Shown piece after piece: positions 8,475 through 18,350 of a stretch of DNA of 64,000 bases. Both the position numbers and the translations under genes were made by a program. The notes beneath the pieces were generated by a model, which saw nothing but the letters and a program-made list of their open reading frames with translations, had not been told where the DNA came from and did no database searches. This DNA is from Acidimicrobiia bacterium (lineage in GTDB: Bacteria; Actinomycetota; Acidimicrobiia; Acidimicrobiales; JANYDT01). The stretch covers positions 4,571 to 68,570 of the forward strand of contig JANOYY010000047.1 in assembly GCA_031429095.1 (NCBI GenBank). The letters run 5' to 3'. Position 1 is the first letter of the stretch. The number at the start of each line of letters is the position of its first letter.

Positions 8475-9169
8475 CCAACAGGTCGTGCTCCGGCATTTCG
8501 GAGCAGTTCGGCCATGTCGGTGTATCCCCTCGACGTCGCGTGGCCGAGCGCAGTAACTCCCGAGGCATCCCCGAGGTTCACGTCGGCGCCTGCGTCCACG
8601 AGGATCTTGACGATGGCTAGGTGACGGGGTCCGCCGTCGCCGAGAATGACGGCTTCAAGAAGCGCTGTCCAATGAAGGTTGTTGACGTGGTTCAGCGGTG
8701 CATGCGCTGCCACCAGTACACGTACTGATTCGACATTGCCGAGATGGGCGGCTGCGATCAGCGCGGTTCCGTCGTAGCGACTCGTGATGTTGGTCGCTTT
8801 TGCGCCGTACCTGAGAGCGACGCGAATTGTCTCTGGATCGTTCGCAACGGCAGCGATCGTGATGATGTCATAGCCATCGCGTTCGAGTGCGTTGGGTTTG
8901 GTGCCGTTGCGCAGGAGGGTGGCGAGTGTCGTGCGACGCCGAAAGTGCGCCGCAACATGGGCCGGTGTTCTCCCGTAGCCATCAATGGCGTTCGGATTGG
9001 CACCATTTGCGAGAAGCTTTTGCGCTGTTCGGTTGTTTCCGCTGGCTGCCGCTGCGAAAAGGCCACGGTAGGCCCGGACCTCTGCAGCACTTGGCACCAC
9101 CTGGGCCGGTGCGCGGACGACGCCAACGACTGTCAGCCAGGCGATGGTGACGACGCCGAGTTTGTGCAT
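8471..9169 (-). CDS. ankyrin-repeat protein with N-terminal signal peptide
   Basis: Starts at ATG 9169 (MHKLGVVTIAWLTVVGVVRAPAQV); the longer ORF would overlap the upstream GDPD gene. It has several ANK repeats (GRTPAHVAAHF.., DGTALIAAAHLGNVESVRVLVAAHAPLN, WTALLEAV.., GVTALGHATSRGYTDMAELL). Confidence 0.8.
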   Translation of the reverse strand: MHKLGVVTIAWLTVVGVVRAPAQVVPSAAEVRAYRGLFAAAASGNNRTAQKLLANGANPNAIDGYGRTPAHVAAHFRRRTTLATLLRNGTKPNALERDGYDIITIAAVANDPETIRVALRYGAKATNITSRYDGTALIAAAHLGNVESVRVLVAAHAPLNHVNNLHWTALLEAVILGDGGPRHLAIVKILVDAGADVNLGDASGVTALGHATSRGYTDMAELLRNAGARPVG

Positions 9170-9182
9170 CGTGCGCACAGCA

Positions 9183-10079
9183 CTACTCCTTCGCCGCGAA
9201 CGCGCGGTCGAAAATCTTTCGAGCGAGGTCGGCGCGTCCCGTGTAGACAGCGTCGACGCCCGACGCGGCGAGCTTCTTGAGGGTCTTGGGGTCGTCGACC
9301 GTCCACGTGAAGACGGCGAGACCGTGATCGTGGTTCCAGGTGACGAAGTCTCTGGTGGGCCGAGCCGCGCGATACGGCGGCTGTCCAATAGGTGCCGACG
9401 AGCACCAGGTGCTTTCGGGGTTGTTTCTCGCTGCACGCATCTCGACGACCATTGCGTCGGTCACGGTGGTGACGACTTCGGGACAGAGAGGCTTGAAATT
9501 GTCGATAGCGGCGTCGCCGGCCGAGCTTACGTAGACGCTCTTCGTGCGGTTGAGTCGGCGAAGCAATGTGCACATAGTTTGCTCACCACCCGTCACCTTG
9601 AATTCGAGTGAAGTCAAGCGGTTGGGGAAGACGGTCAGCACCTGCTCGACAGTTGGAATGCGCACCTTTCTTCCCTTCAGCGGAAAGTCTCCCTTCGGGC
9701 CCGACCACGAATCGCCGAGATCGAAACGCAGAAGCTCCGAATATGTCAACTTGGATATCGAGTTGGATATCGAGCCACCCTTCTTCGTGATGGTATCGAG
9801 ATTGTCGTCGTGTGCTGCAACAAGGATTCCGTCAGCGGTGACCCGAACGTCGACATCCACAACATCTGCTCCTGCTTTCACTGCCGCTCGGAGCATTTCC
9901 ACTGTGTTGCCGGGACCGAAATGGGTGCTGCTTGCGTGCGCGACCACGAGCGGCTTGAGCTGGCGAAACGGACTCGGTGCGCACGTTGGTTTTGCGTATG
10001 CCCCGCTTGAGTGCGCCGCGAGGCAGCCGCTGAGCATGGCCGCAGTGGCGATTCGGCGCGAAACATGAGCTGTACCCAT
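9183..10079 (-). CDS. glycerophosphodiester phosphodiesterase (GDPD) family lipoprotein
   Basis: Contains VVAHASSTHFGPGNTVEMLRAAVKAGADVVDVDVRVTADGILVAAHDDNL. The likely start is MGTAHVSRRIATAAMLSGC, which carries a lipobox (LSGC). The longest ORF starts at 10172. Confidence 0.8.
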   Translation of the reverse strand: MGTAHVSRRIATAAMLSGCLAAHSSGAYAKPTCAPSPFRQLKPLVVAHASSTHFGPGNTVEMLRAAVKAGADVVDVDVRVTADGILVAAHDDNLDTITKKGGSISNSISKLTYSELLRFDLGDSWSGPKGDFPLKGRKVRIPTVEQVLTVFPNRLTSLEFKVTGGEQTMCTLLRRLNRTKSVYVSSAGDAAIDNFKPLCPEVVTTVTDAMVVEMRAARNNPESTWCSSAPIGQPPYRAARPTRDFVTWNHDHGLAVFTWTVDDPKTLKKLAASGVDAVYTGRADLARKIFDRAFAAKE

Positions 10080-10232
10080 GATGTCGACACTATCGCCGCC
10101 TCGCGCGACTTTCACGCGAGATTGGCACCATCGTGCCCGGTTGGCGTCACAGTGCGGCGTTGGAGCGCACACCCTGGCGCTGTGGTGCCAACTTCACATT
10201 TGACGCGCGCCGAGACAGCGAGGACGAGACGA

Positions 10233-11009
10233 CTAGCGGCCACCGTTGACGAGAAGCGTCTGGCCGGTGATCCACGATGCGGCAGGCGAAGCGAGGAACA
10301 CGACGGCGTTCGCGACGTCCTCCGGTGTACCGAGTCGGCCGAGGGGCACACCGAATCGAGTTGCCAGCTTCGGCAGATCTTCCTCGGTTGCTCCGAAGAA
10401 CTCCATGAAGACTTCGGTTGGCACCGGACCTGGAGCGACGCCGTTGACTCGAATGCCCCGTGGCGCGAGTTCGAGTGAGAGCGTGCGCGTCAGGCTGTCG
10501 ACGCCTGCTTTCGCCACCGCATAGGGCCCGTTGTTCGGCGAGCCCTTCAGCGCTGCTCCCGATGAGATGTTGATGATCGATCCGCCGTCTTCAATCACGC
10601 GGACGGCGGCACGCGCACCCGTGAACACCGCTCGTAGGTTGACATTGAGCTGATAGTCCCATTGAGCATCGGGCATATCGGCAAGATGACGCGGTGTTCG
10701 ATCGTCGGCGCCTCCCGCGTTGCTCACCCAAAGCGTGACTCGACCCATTTCCGCTTTCGCACGTTCGGCCAAGCTGTCGACGAACGCACCGTCGGTGATA
10801 TCGCCGGGAATCGCAATCGCTCGCTTTCCGAGCTTGCGGACGGCCTCAGCGACGTTGTTTATCTCGTGTTCTCGTCGAGCCGTGAGCACGACGTCGCACC
10901 CCGCTTGTGCCAATGCCACTGCGATTCCTTCGCCGATTCCGCGACCCGCGCCGGTAACGACGGCAACGCCATCGGCTAAGGCAAATCGATCGAGCACTGT
11001 GTCAGTCAT
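10233..11009 (-). CDS. SDR-family oxidoreductase (FabG-like)
   Basis: 258 aa with TGAGRGIG and YAVAKAG. Confidence 0.9.
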   Translation of the reverse strand: MTDTVLDRFALADGVAVVTGAGRGIGEGIAVALAQAGCDVVLTARREHEINNVAEAVRKLGKRAIAIPGDITDGAFVDSLAERAKAEMGRVTLWVSNAGGADDRTPRHLADMPDAQWDYQLNVNLRAVFTGARAAVRVIEDGGSIINISSGAALKGSPNNGPYAVAKAGVDSLTRTLSLELAPRGIRVNGVAPGPVPTEVFMEFFGATEEDLPKLATRFGVPLGRLGTPEDVANAVVFLASPAASWITGQTLLVNGGR

Positions 11010-11181
11010 GAGGTGTCCTTGTCGAAGAGCAGCCGAGACGGCTGGCGATGTAGGCGAGTTGAAGGGTCAGCGCAGCGAACGATAGCGGTGGGAGGTCCAC
11101 GGTGACTACTTCGCGTTGGGCGCTGACTTTTCGATGGACGGCGGCAGCGACATAGCGCAGAAGTACGGGTAGACATGTTCG

Positions 11182-11507
11182 ATGACCTCTGATCCGAAAA
11201 TCGGTCGCCTTCGGACTATCAACGTGGCGGCGGGAATGCTTCACCTTGTCCAGGCAATGGTGGTGTTGGAGCGGCGACATCGGACAGAAGTGGCGGAGAC
11301 GGCATTCCTGGATTTGTCTACGGGATCCTTGTGTCACTCTTTCTTTTCTTCAACTGCTTTGCGATCACGCAGGTCCTTCAGCACGCAGCAAAAGGTAAGT
11401 GGGCCGATTATTTGCGCGGAGAGACCGTTTACATAGTGCTCTCACTTACGGCAAAGAGCGCACTTGCCTGGCAGGTCTTTGCCAACGTGCTCATCCCGAA
11501 TACCTAG
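11182..11507 (+). pseudogene. heliorhodopsin relic (internal deletion plus frameshift)
   Basis: Frame 1 from 11182 gives MTSDPKIGRLRTINVAAGMLHLVQAMVVL (helix A; compare 48C12 LQNFNRIAGVFHLLQMLAVL). From about 11271, a different frame gives ...SGGDGIPGFVYGILVSLFLFFNCFAITQVLQHAAKGKWADYLRGETVYIVLSLTAKSALAWQVFANVLIPNT*. That matches the heliorhodopsin C-terminus (VPGFVYGIIISLFLFFNSFALVQYLQYKGKGKWSNYLRGERAYIVLSLVAKSALAWQIF), including the Schiff-base Lys helix. Only about 326 nt remain of the roughly 750 nt expected. Confidence 0.7.
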
Positions 11508-11530
11508 CGGGCGTCGTTTCCCGTAGAGTC

Positions 11531-12478
11531 ATGGCCATGGCTCACGCACGAAGGTTCCGATTCGCCGTCATGGGTGGTAGGGCGAAGTCGGGGGCGGCGT
11601 GGACCGAACTGGCCCGCAAAGCAGAAGACCTCGGGTATTCCACACTTTGCGTCGCTGATCATTTCACCGATGGCCTCGCACCGACGCCGGCACTGGCTGC
11701 TGCGGCCGCGGTTACGACGAACCTTCGCATCGGGTCGCTTGTCTACGGCGTCGACTTTCGACATCCCGCTGCTTTGGCGAAGGAGGCTGCGACGCTGGAC
11801 CTTCTGTCCGACGGACGTTTCGAGTTGGGAATCGGGGCGGGATGGATGGACCAGGACTACGACTGGACCGGCATCGCCCGGGATAGACCCGGAGTGCGTA
11901 TCGACAGAATGGCCGAAGCGATCGAGATCATCCGAGGCCTCTGGTCCGGGTCGCCCGTCGAGCATTCCGGAGCGACGTGGACGATCAACAAGATGGTCGG
12001 GACGCCACGACCTATTCAGGCAGGCGGTCCGCCGATTCTTTCTGGCGGTGGCGGGAAGCGAATTCTCGAAACAGCGGCTCGGCTCAGCGACATCGTGTCG
12101 GTCAATCCCAACGTGGGTGCTGGCAAGTTCGATACCGCAGCCTGGGCAAGCATTGCTGCCGCGGAGACAGATTCCAAGATGGCGATCGTGAAGAATGCCG
12201 CTGGTGAACGATATGCGGACATAGAGATAGCCTTCCTCAACTTCTTCACGAATGTCACCAACGACACCATGACCGCGGCAACAACGGTCGGCGGATACAT
12301 GGGCGGCGTCGCGCCAGAGGCGGTGCTCGCCTCTCCGAACACACTGGTTGGTTCCGTCGATTCGCTCGTGGAGGAAATCCAATCCCGGCGCGAACGTTGG
12401 GATGGCTCCTACATGATCGTGATGGCCGACGCTATCGACGCATTTGCCCCCGTAGTTGCGCGCCTCGCCGGATCCTGA
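11531..12478 (+). CDS. LLM-class (luciferase-like) F420-dependent oxidoreductase
   Basis: Starts MAMAHARRFRFAVMG.... Contains YSTLCVADHF, GRFELGIGAGW and the typical length. The longest ORF (11399) overlaps the heliorhodopsin relic. Confidence 0.8.
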   Translation: MAMAHARRFRFAVMGGRAKSGAAWTELARKAEDLGYSTLCVADHFTDGLAPTPALAAAAAVTTNLRIGSLVYGVDFRHPAALAKEAATLDLLSDGRFELGIGAGWMDQDYDWTGIARDRPGVRIDRMAEAIEIIRGLWSGSPVEHSGATWTINKMVGTPRPIQAGGPPILSGGGGKRILETAARLSDIVSVNPNVGAGKFDTAAWASIAAAETDSKMAIVKNAAGERYADIEIAFLNFFTNVTNDTMTAATTVGGYMGGVAPEAVLASPNTLVGSVDSLVEEIQSRRERWDGSYMIVMADAIDAFAPVVARLAGS

Positions 12479-12523
12479 AGCGGAAATTCCGCGTTCCGAA
12501 AGGGTCGGCGGTATCCTTCGGCG

Positions 12524-13912
12524 GTGAGCAGCTCGCAGATTCTCATCAGCAACGCAACAATCATCGATGGCACCGGTGCCGCGCCGCGGGTGAACCAATC
12601 GGTGTTGTTATCCACCGAACAGATCATGGCGGTTGGTCCGACTGTCGACGTCGACCGATCCGCACCGGCCGACGCAGTTCGCATCGATGCAACCGGAATG
12701 ACGGTGATGCCCGGTCTTATCGACACACACACCCACATCACGCTCGGGGAGCCACAGAGCAACGACGAATTGTTCTTCCACCGCGACCCCGCCTACTCCG
12801 CGATCCTGGCCGGTTGGCAGGCCCAGAAACTCCTCCGCGCTGGTGTCACGAGCGCGTTTGATATCGACGGCATTCACCACATCGGTCCGGCGATGCGAGA
12901 TGCCATCGAAAGCGGTTTAGTCGAGGGTCCGCGCATGGTCGCGGGCCAGCACGCGCTGCTAACGGCCGTTGGGGGTACCGCCGGCCGGATGATCCCCGAG
13001 TCCGGGACCGCCGCCTATGCAGAGGTGGTCCGCACCCGTGACGAGATGGTCCAAACCGTACGTAGACAGATTAAATTTGGCGCCGACTGGATCAAGATTC
13101 ACGCGACCGGTCGCATCCCGGGTCGCCCTGGGGAACTGCAGGTATGGACGCTTGAGGAAATGAAAACTGTGTGCGATACCGCGCACGATCTCGGCATCCC
13201 GGTGACGGCACACTGCCGCACGGCGCGTTCGACGCGCGATGCGGTGCGTGCCGGCGTCGACCTGGTGCTCCATGCGAGCTTTCTGGGCGAAGGGACTGGT
13301 GCCCAGATGATGGGTCGCGAAGACCCTGCGACCCTTCGCGTGTTCGACGAAGCAATGGAGGCACTGCTCGAGCGTCGTGTTCCGATTTGTCCCACGTGGA
13401 CGTTCCTCGCCAATCTCTCCGATTTTGGTCACAAGGTGGGCGCAAGTTCAGCAGCCATGGATCTGTTTCGTGACGAGATCACGGGAACCGCGGCACGCCT
13501 CCGAGAGGCATACGACGCGGGGATCACGTTCACAACCGGCTCAGAAACCGGCTTCTCAATCACTCCGGTTGGCCACTGGCATGCCCGTGAGATGGAGCTG
13601 TTCGTGAAGTATCTCGGTATGACTGCGCTCGAAGCAATCACGTGCGGCACGAGAAACGGCGCTGTTGCCATGAAACTCGACGGCCGTGTCGGAACCCTTG
13701 AAGCGACCATGCTTCCTGATGTGCTCGTGGTCGACGGGGATCCCCTGGCCGAAATTCGCATTCTGCAGGATCGAGCCCGGATTCGCGAAGTGATCAGCCG
13801 GGGTCGACGCGTCGACCTGAATCGACCCTGGCCCGAACGAAGTGTGCGACCTGAGGAAAAGGTCAGCAACTATTCGACCGTCGCGTTGACCTGGGACCTC
13901 GTGAACCCCTGA
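12524..13912 (+). CDS. amidohydrolase-family metallohydrolase
   Basis: 462 aa with a GTG start. Contains ISNATIIDGTG and PGLIDTHTHIT (HxH metal ligands). Confidence 0.8.
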   Translation: MSSSQILISNATIIDGTGAAPRVNQSVLLSTEQIMAVGPTVDVDRSAPADAVRIDATGMTVMPGLIDTHTHITLGEPQSNDELFFHRDPAYSAILAGWQAQKLLRAGVTSAFDIDGIHHIGPAMRDAIESGLVEGPRMVAGQHALLTAVGGTAGRMIPESGTAAYAEVVRTRDEMVQTVRRQIKFGADWIKIHATGRIPGRPGELQVWTLEEMKTVCDTAHDLGIPVTAHCRTARSTRDAVRAGVDLVLHASFLGEGTGAQMMGREDPATLRVFDEAMEALLERRVPICPTWTFLANLSDFGHKVGASSAAMDLFRDEITGTAARLREAYDAGITFTTGSETGFSITPVGHWHAREMELFVKYLGMTALEAITCGTRNGAVAMKLDGRVGTLEATMLPDVLVVDGDPLAEIRILQDRARIREVISRGRRVDLNRPWPERSVRPEEKVSNYSTVALTWDLVNP

Positions 13913-13964
13913 CCGATCGCTGGCCAGACCGCCGACTTGGTGCCGAGGGGAAAATGGCGAGAAC

Positions 13965-15251
13965 ATGGCTGCAACCGACCCGGCACGGGACCCGAAAACT
14001 AGCGAGGAACACATGGCTCAGACACTTGAGGCTCTTACCATTGGTGCTGGACGCGACAAGTCAAAGGTGACCTTTCTCCCCGAGCCCGAGCCACGTGCCC
14101 GGACGTACACGGTGATCTCTGTCGACGATCATCTCGTCGAACCGCCCGAAACCTTCGACAACCGGATGCCGGCTAAGTTCGCCGGACTTGGTCCCACGAT
14201 CGTCGAACACAACGACGGTGCGCAGTACTGGCGCTTTGAGGATCGACTCATTCCGATCGCCGGTACAAATGCCGTGTCGGGTCGACCGCCGTCTGAGTAC
14301 TCGATGGACTCATCGCGCTTGGAACATATGCGACGCGGGTGCTGGGACGTCCATTCCCGGGTCAAAGACATGGACCTGGCTGGGCTCTACGCCTCGGTGT
14401 GCTTTCCGTCTATGGTTGCCGGTTTTGGCGGCGCGCGATTCGTTGAGGCGAAGGATCCCGAATTGGGTCAGGCAGCGGTGCGCGCCTGGAACGACTGGGC
14501 GATCGAGGAGTGGGCGGGCGCATACCCGGATCGCTTCGTACCGCTTGCGATCACGTGGCTCGGCGACCCGCACATCGCAGCAGCCGAAGTTCGCCGCAAT
14601 TCGACTCGAGGTTGTCGAGTGCTGTCGTTCCCCGACCAACCCGAAAAGCTCGGACTCCCGAGCATTCACACCGGATACTGGGCACCGATCTTCGAGGCGT
14701 GTGTCGAGACCGGTACGTCGCTGAACCTGCACGTCGGTTCGTCGTCATGGATCTGCTCGGCGTCGAGCGACGGGCCTGCGGAGATCATCACCTCGCTGTT
14801 CTTCGCCGGTGCGGCGATCGCGACCGCTGACTGGCTCTTCTCGAAGATCCCACTGCGCTATCCAGAGTTGAAGATCGTGATGTCAGAAGGCGGCATTGGC
14901 TGGTTGCCAGCGCTGCAGGATCGCATTGAGCACTGCTTCCGTTACAAGGACTTCACCGGCGGGTGGACCAATGAAACACTACACCCGAACGAAGTTCTTG
15001 CCCAGAGCTTCTGGTTTTGCGCCCTCGACGATGCAGCCGGCTTTCAAATGATGGACCGTCTCAACGTCGACCACATCATGGTGGAGTGCGACTATCCGCA
15101 CACCGATTCAACCTGGCCAGACACCCAGCTGTATCTCGACAAACAGCTCGGTCACCTTCCCAAGGACGTCATCGAAAAGGTGACCTGGAAAAATGCTGCG
15201 GACCTCTATGGCCTCAACGTAAGTGCCTCCGTATTGAAGGGAAAATGGTGA
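13965..15251 (+). CDS. amidohydrolase-2 (ACMSD/LigW-like) family protein
   Basis: Contains ISVDDHLVEPPETF near the N-terminus and MVECDYPHTDSTWP near the C-terminus. ATG 14013, preceded by GAGGAA, is an alternative start. Confidence 0.8.
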   Translation: MAATDPARDPKTSEEHMAQTLEALTIGAGRDKSKVTFLPEPEPRARTYTVISVDDHLVEPPETFDNRMPAKFAGLGPTIVEHNDGAQYWRFEDRLIPIAGTNAVSGRPPSEYSMDSSRLEHMRRGCWDVHSRVKDMDLAGLYASVCFPSMVAGFGGARFVEAKDPELGQAAVRAWNDWAIEEWAGAYPDRFVPLAITWLGDPHIAAAEVRRNSTRGCRVLSFPDQPEKLGLPSIHTGYWAPIFEACVETGTSLNLHVGSSSWICSASSDGPAEIITSLFFAGAAIATADWLFSKIPLRYPELKIVMSEGGIGWLPALQDRIEHCFRYKDFTGGWTNETLHPNEVLAQSFWFCALDDAAGFQMMDRLNVDHIMVECDYPHTDSTWPDTQLYLDKQLGHLPKDVIEKVTWKNAADLYGLNVSASVLKGKW

Positions 15252-15255
15252 TGCC

Positions 15256-16029
15256 ATGACCGACGTGCTCGACCCCGCAAAGGTTCCTGTGGACCTCTCC
15301 TCGCTAACCGAAGCAGACCCTCGGTTTCGAATCGCCGTCGCACGGCGAATGCTGTACCGAGAAGGTCTCGACAGCCAGATCGGCGGTCACGTGAGCCTGC
15401 GGGTTCCCGGTGAGGACGCCTTCTACGTGACCCCCTACCAATACTTCGACGAAACCCTGCCTGAGCACGTCAGCAAGGTGGGTTTCGACCTCAAGGTCAT
15501 TGAGCCAGCGACGCTTCCGGCGTCGCCCGGAATCAACTTTCACGCCAACGTGTTCCAGGCGCGGCCCGACGTCAACTGCGTGATCCACACCCACGGGTTC
15601 TACCAGTCAGTCCTCACCACGACGGGAAAACCGTTTGCGGTGTACTACGACTACGCGTCGTTGTTTCTCGACGACGTGGCGTATTGGAAAGACGATCCGT
15701 CGCTCACACCGGACGTTGAGGGCGAACTCATTGCGCAAACATTAGGTAGTAAGCGCGCAATGCTTATGGGCCATCATGGGGCGATCCACGCCGGCGACAC
15801 CCTTGAGAACACGGTCGCCGAGGCGATGGTGTTTGAGCTGTGTTGCAAGTTTCAGGTGGCGGCCATGCAGGTGAACGGAACGCCGCTCGATGAACCATCG
15901 GCTCGGAGCTATCGCAACGCCTACCTCACGTACGGATTTCGAACTCACATGTGGGACGCCAACTATCGGCGTACCAAGCGCAGCGACCCTGATCTCTGGG
16001 CGACGCTGGCTGGCGAGAACTTCGGCTAG
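15256..16029 (+). CDS. class II aldolase/adducin-family protein
   Basis: 257 aa. Contains ARRMLYREGLD, the VIHTHGFYQSV metal-binding block and GHHGAIHAG. Confidence 0.8.
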   Translation: MTDVLDPAKVPVDLSSLTEADPRFRIAVARRMLYREGLDSQIGGHVSLRVPGEDAFYVTPYQYFDETLPEHVSKVGFDLKVIEPATLPASPGINFHANVFQARPDVNCVIHTHGFYQSVLTTTGKPFAVYYDYASLFLDDVAYWKDDPSLTPDVEGELIAQTLGSKRAMLMGHHGAIHAGDTLENTVAEAMVFELCCKFQVAAMQVNGTPLDEPSARSYRNAYLTYGFRTHMWDANYRRTKRSDPDLWATLAGENFG

Positions 16030-16772
16030 AAGTCCTCGCCGTCGAGGTGGACGATCTGACGAACGATCCTACCGTCGACGACCTCGTAGGCGTCGGTTCC
16101 TGAGGCAACTGTCGTGCCACCATCGACGATCGACCACCCGACGTGAAGCTCCTCGTCGGGGGCTGTCAGCTCCAGAGCCGCAGAACCAAGGCGGCCGGGC
16201 ACGGTACCGAAATAGTCTGCGATCGCACGTCGTCCGCGATGCTCTACGCCGTCGCGTACGAGGACTGCGTTGCTCGCGTAGTCGGCGGCCATGGCGACAA
16301 CATCGCGCCGACGAACTGCTGCGATGTGACGCTCCACAACAGCAACGCCACGCTGGGCGGCGCGACGTGCATAAACCGGAAGTATCCTGGCCCGCCATTC
16401 GCCGAGATCGACGTAGTCGCGCACGGACACAAGGAGTCCGGCGTCGGCATCGACTTCGAACACGCCGTTGCACAGGACCTCATGCCATTCCCCGTCAATG
16501 AGAAAGCGATCGACACGCTCGAGCCAGCCGCGATTGCCCTCGTAGGTCTCTGACACGACGTCCCATTTCACGTCGTCGCACAGCGGCAGTATGCGGTCAA
16601 ACATCATCATCACTTCGTCGCGACCTGTCGCTGGTGCATTCGGCACGTTCTGCCAGGTGACTCCGCCTGCCAGCCGCGACTCGATCATTATGAGGTCCCG
16701 TGACTCGATGGCGGCGAGCACGGCATGGATCACCTCCCGCGTGCGGATTCGGGCTGCCTCGGTATTCGTCAT
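16026..16772 (-). CDS. tandem NTF2/SnoaL-like domain protein
   Basis: Two roughly 120-aa NTF2-like halves. The start ATG 16772 forms an ATGA overlap with the upstream gene's stop (longest ORF start is 16805). Confidence 0.6.
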   Translation of the reverse strand: MTNTEAARIRTREVIHAVLAAIESRDLIMIESRLAGGVTWQNVPNAPATGRDEVMMMFDRILPLCDDVKWDVVSETYEGNRGWLERVDRFLIDGEWHEVLCNGVFEVDADAGLLVSVRDYVDLGEWRARILPVYARRAAQRGVAVVERHIAAVRRRDVVAMAADYASNAVLVRDGVEHRGRRAIADYFGTVPGRLGSAALELTAPDEELHVGWSIVDGGTTVASGTDAYEVVDGRIVRQIVHLDGEDF

Positions 16773-17572
16773 CGCCGCAGCACACCCTGCGATGTCGTGA
16801 AGCATCTTCGGGCCAGCTCGCCCGGCCCCAACTCGGCGTACAACACATCGGATTGAACCTCCGCCGTGACCGATGTGTGCGCAGGCATCGCGGCCACGAA
16901 CTCGGCGAGCTGCAGGATTCCAGTTCCGGGGAGGTGACGCCCGTGACGTGCCTCAGCGATCAACTCATCCTCGCCCATCGGCTGTGCCGTGACGCGCGGG
17001 CGGAGCGTGTCGCACAGCTGGAGGTAACAGGGAAGCGACTCGTTGTCGAGTACCCGTTCGGCATCGACTGGTCCATGGCCGGTTCGATACATGTGGAGCG
17101 GATCGAAGATGAGCCCGGCGCCGGCCTCTCGGACGAGTGAGGCAGCGTCGTATACGGTCTTCACTTCGGTGAACCCCATCGCCTCGAATCCAAGCAGTAA
17201 CCCCGGCCGTTCGTTCTCACAGCGGGTCACGAGATCACGAAGTGCACGTAGTGTTTCTGCGGGTGTCGGCAGGTGGCTGGTGACCACAATCCACGATGCT
17301 CCGAGTTCGGCGGCGATGTTCACGAGTCGGTGCGCATGTGTGGTCGGGGTGACGCCGAGTCGAATCACCTCGACGTCGAAAAGGGTCATGTTGCGAGCGG
17401 CGAGCCGGTTTGTCGCCTTGGCAACAGTATCCGCCGGCTCATCGGGATCGAATCGAAGACCGACGTGGGTGAACCCGGCGTCGGCGGCGTAGTCGACGGT
17501 TGCCGCTGGACCGGCAGCCACGATGGTGCCTGGGCTCAACGAAAGCACCCGTGGTGCGATAGCGGGAATCAC
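16769..17572 (-). CDS. sugar-phosphate isomerase/epimerase (xylose-isomerase-like TIM barrel)
   Basis: 267 aa with a GTG start and a GTGA overlap with the upstream SDR. Pattern and size fit AP_endonuc_2-type TIM barrels, but this is a weaker motif-level call. Confidence 0.6.
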   Translation of the reverse strand: MIPAIAPRVLSLSPGTIVAAGPAATVDYAADAGFTHVGLRFDPDEPADTVAKATNRLAARNMTLFDVEVIRLGVTPTTHAHRLVNIAAELGASWIVVTSHLPTPAETLRALRDLVTRCENERPGLLLGFEAMGFTEVKTVYDAASLVREAGAGLIFDPLHMYRTGHGPVDAERVLDNESLPCYLQLCDTLRPRVTAQPMGEDELIAEARHGRHLPGTGILQLAEFVAAMPAHTSVTAEVQSDVLYAELGPGELARRCFTTSQGVLRR

Positions 17573-18264
17573 GATGCAGTCCAGCCCCCATCGACCGGCA
17601 GGAGTACCCCCGTGATATACGACGAGCGCTCCGAGAGCAAGAACTCCACTGCGTCGGCGATGTTCGATGGATCACCGATGCGACCGAGCGGCACGCGTGC
17701 ACTGAGTGCTGCGACCTGAGCCGGGTCGCCGAGGCGATCAGCAGTCATAGGTGTACGTATTACCCCGGGGGCAATCGCGTTGACGCGAATTCCCTTCGGT
17801 GCCAGTTCGACCGCGGCAGCCCGAGTAAGCCCCGCGACCCCAGCTTTCGCGGCGACGTAATGCGCCTGTCCCGCTACGGCGTGAGTCGACACGACCGATG
17901 CAATGTTCACGATCGAGCCGGGCAGCCCTTCGTTTTGCCATCTCGTTGAGACCACTCGGATCCCCAGGAACGTGCCGGTAACGAGGATCTGCATTAGGCG
18001 ATCGAACTCGTCCCGAGTGAGATCGGGAATGTCGGCCCGGGTTCGAACACCGGCACAGTTCACCAGCCCGTGGACCGGCCAGGCGTCGTCGACCGCCCGG
18101 GTCCATTGCGATTCGTCGGTGACTTCGAGGGGTACAACCCCAACGCCCTTACTTCGGTCGGCCGCGATCACGTCCCATCCGGCGCTGCGGAGAGTGGCAC
18201 ACGTGGCCGCTCCGATACCCGATGCCGCGCCGGTCACGATTGCTCGTCGACGTTGTTCGCTCAC
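17569..18264 (-). CDS. SDR-family oxidoreductase
   Basis: 231 aa with TGAASGIG and YVAAKAG. First gene of a three-gene overlapping operon. Confidence 0.85.
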   Translation of the reverse strand: MSEQRRRAIVTGAASGIGAATCATLRSAGWDVIAADRSKGVGVVPLEVTDESQWTRAVDDAWPVHGLVNCAGVRTRADIPDLTRDEFDRLMQILVTGTFLGIRVVSTRWQNEGLPGSIVNIASVVSTHAVAGQAHYVAAKAGVAGLTRAAAVELAPKGIRVNAIAPGVIRTPMTADRLGDPAQVAALSARVPLGRIGDPSNIADAVEFLLSERSSYITGVLLPVDGGWTAS

Positions 18265-18350
18265 GGTCTCCTCCGACTTCGATATGGTCTACTGCCTTGT
18301 TTAACGCGCTCAGATGGCTCTGACAAAGTCCGACGCCGTACGATACGGGA

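Noticed and set aside
11504-12598. 364-aa minus ORF, and similar ORFs at 18149-18952, 18314-19270, 38999-39667, 43388-43900, 46406-46924 and 53016-53489
   Set aside because: All lie antisense to, or out of frame within, genes with clear family motifs. Their compositions (Arg/Pro/Ser/Gly-rich) are those of non-coding frames in high-GC DNA.
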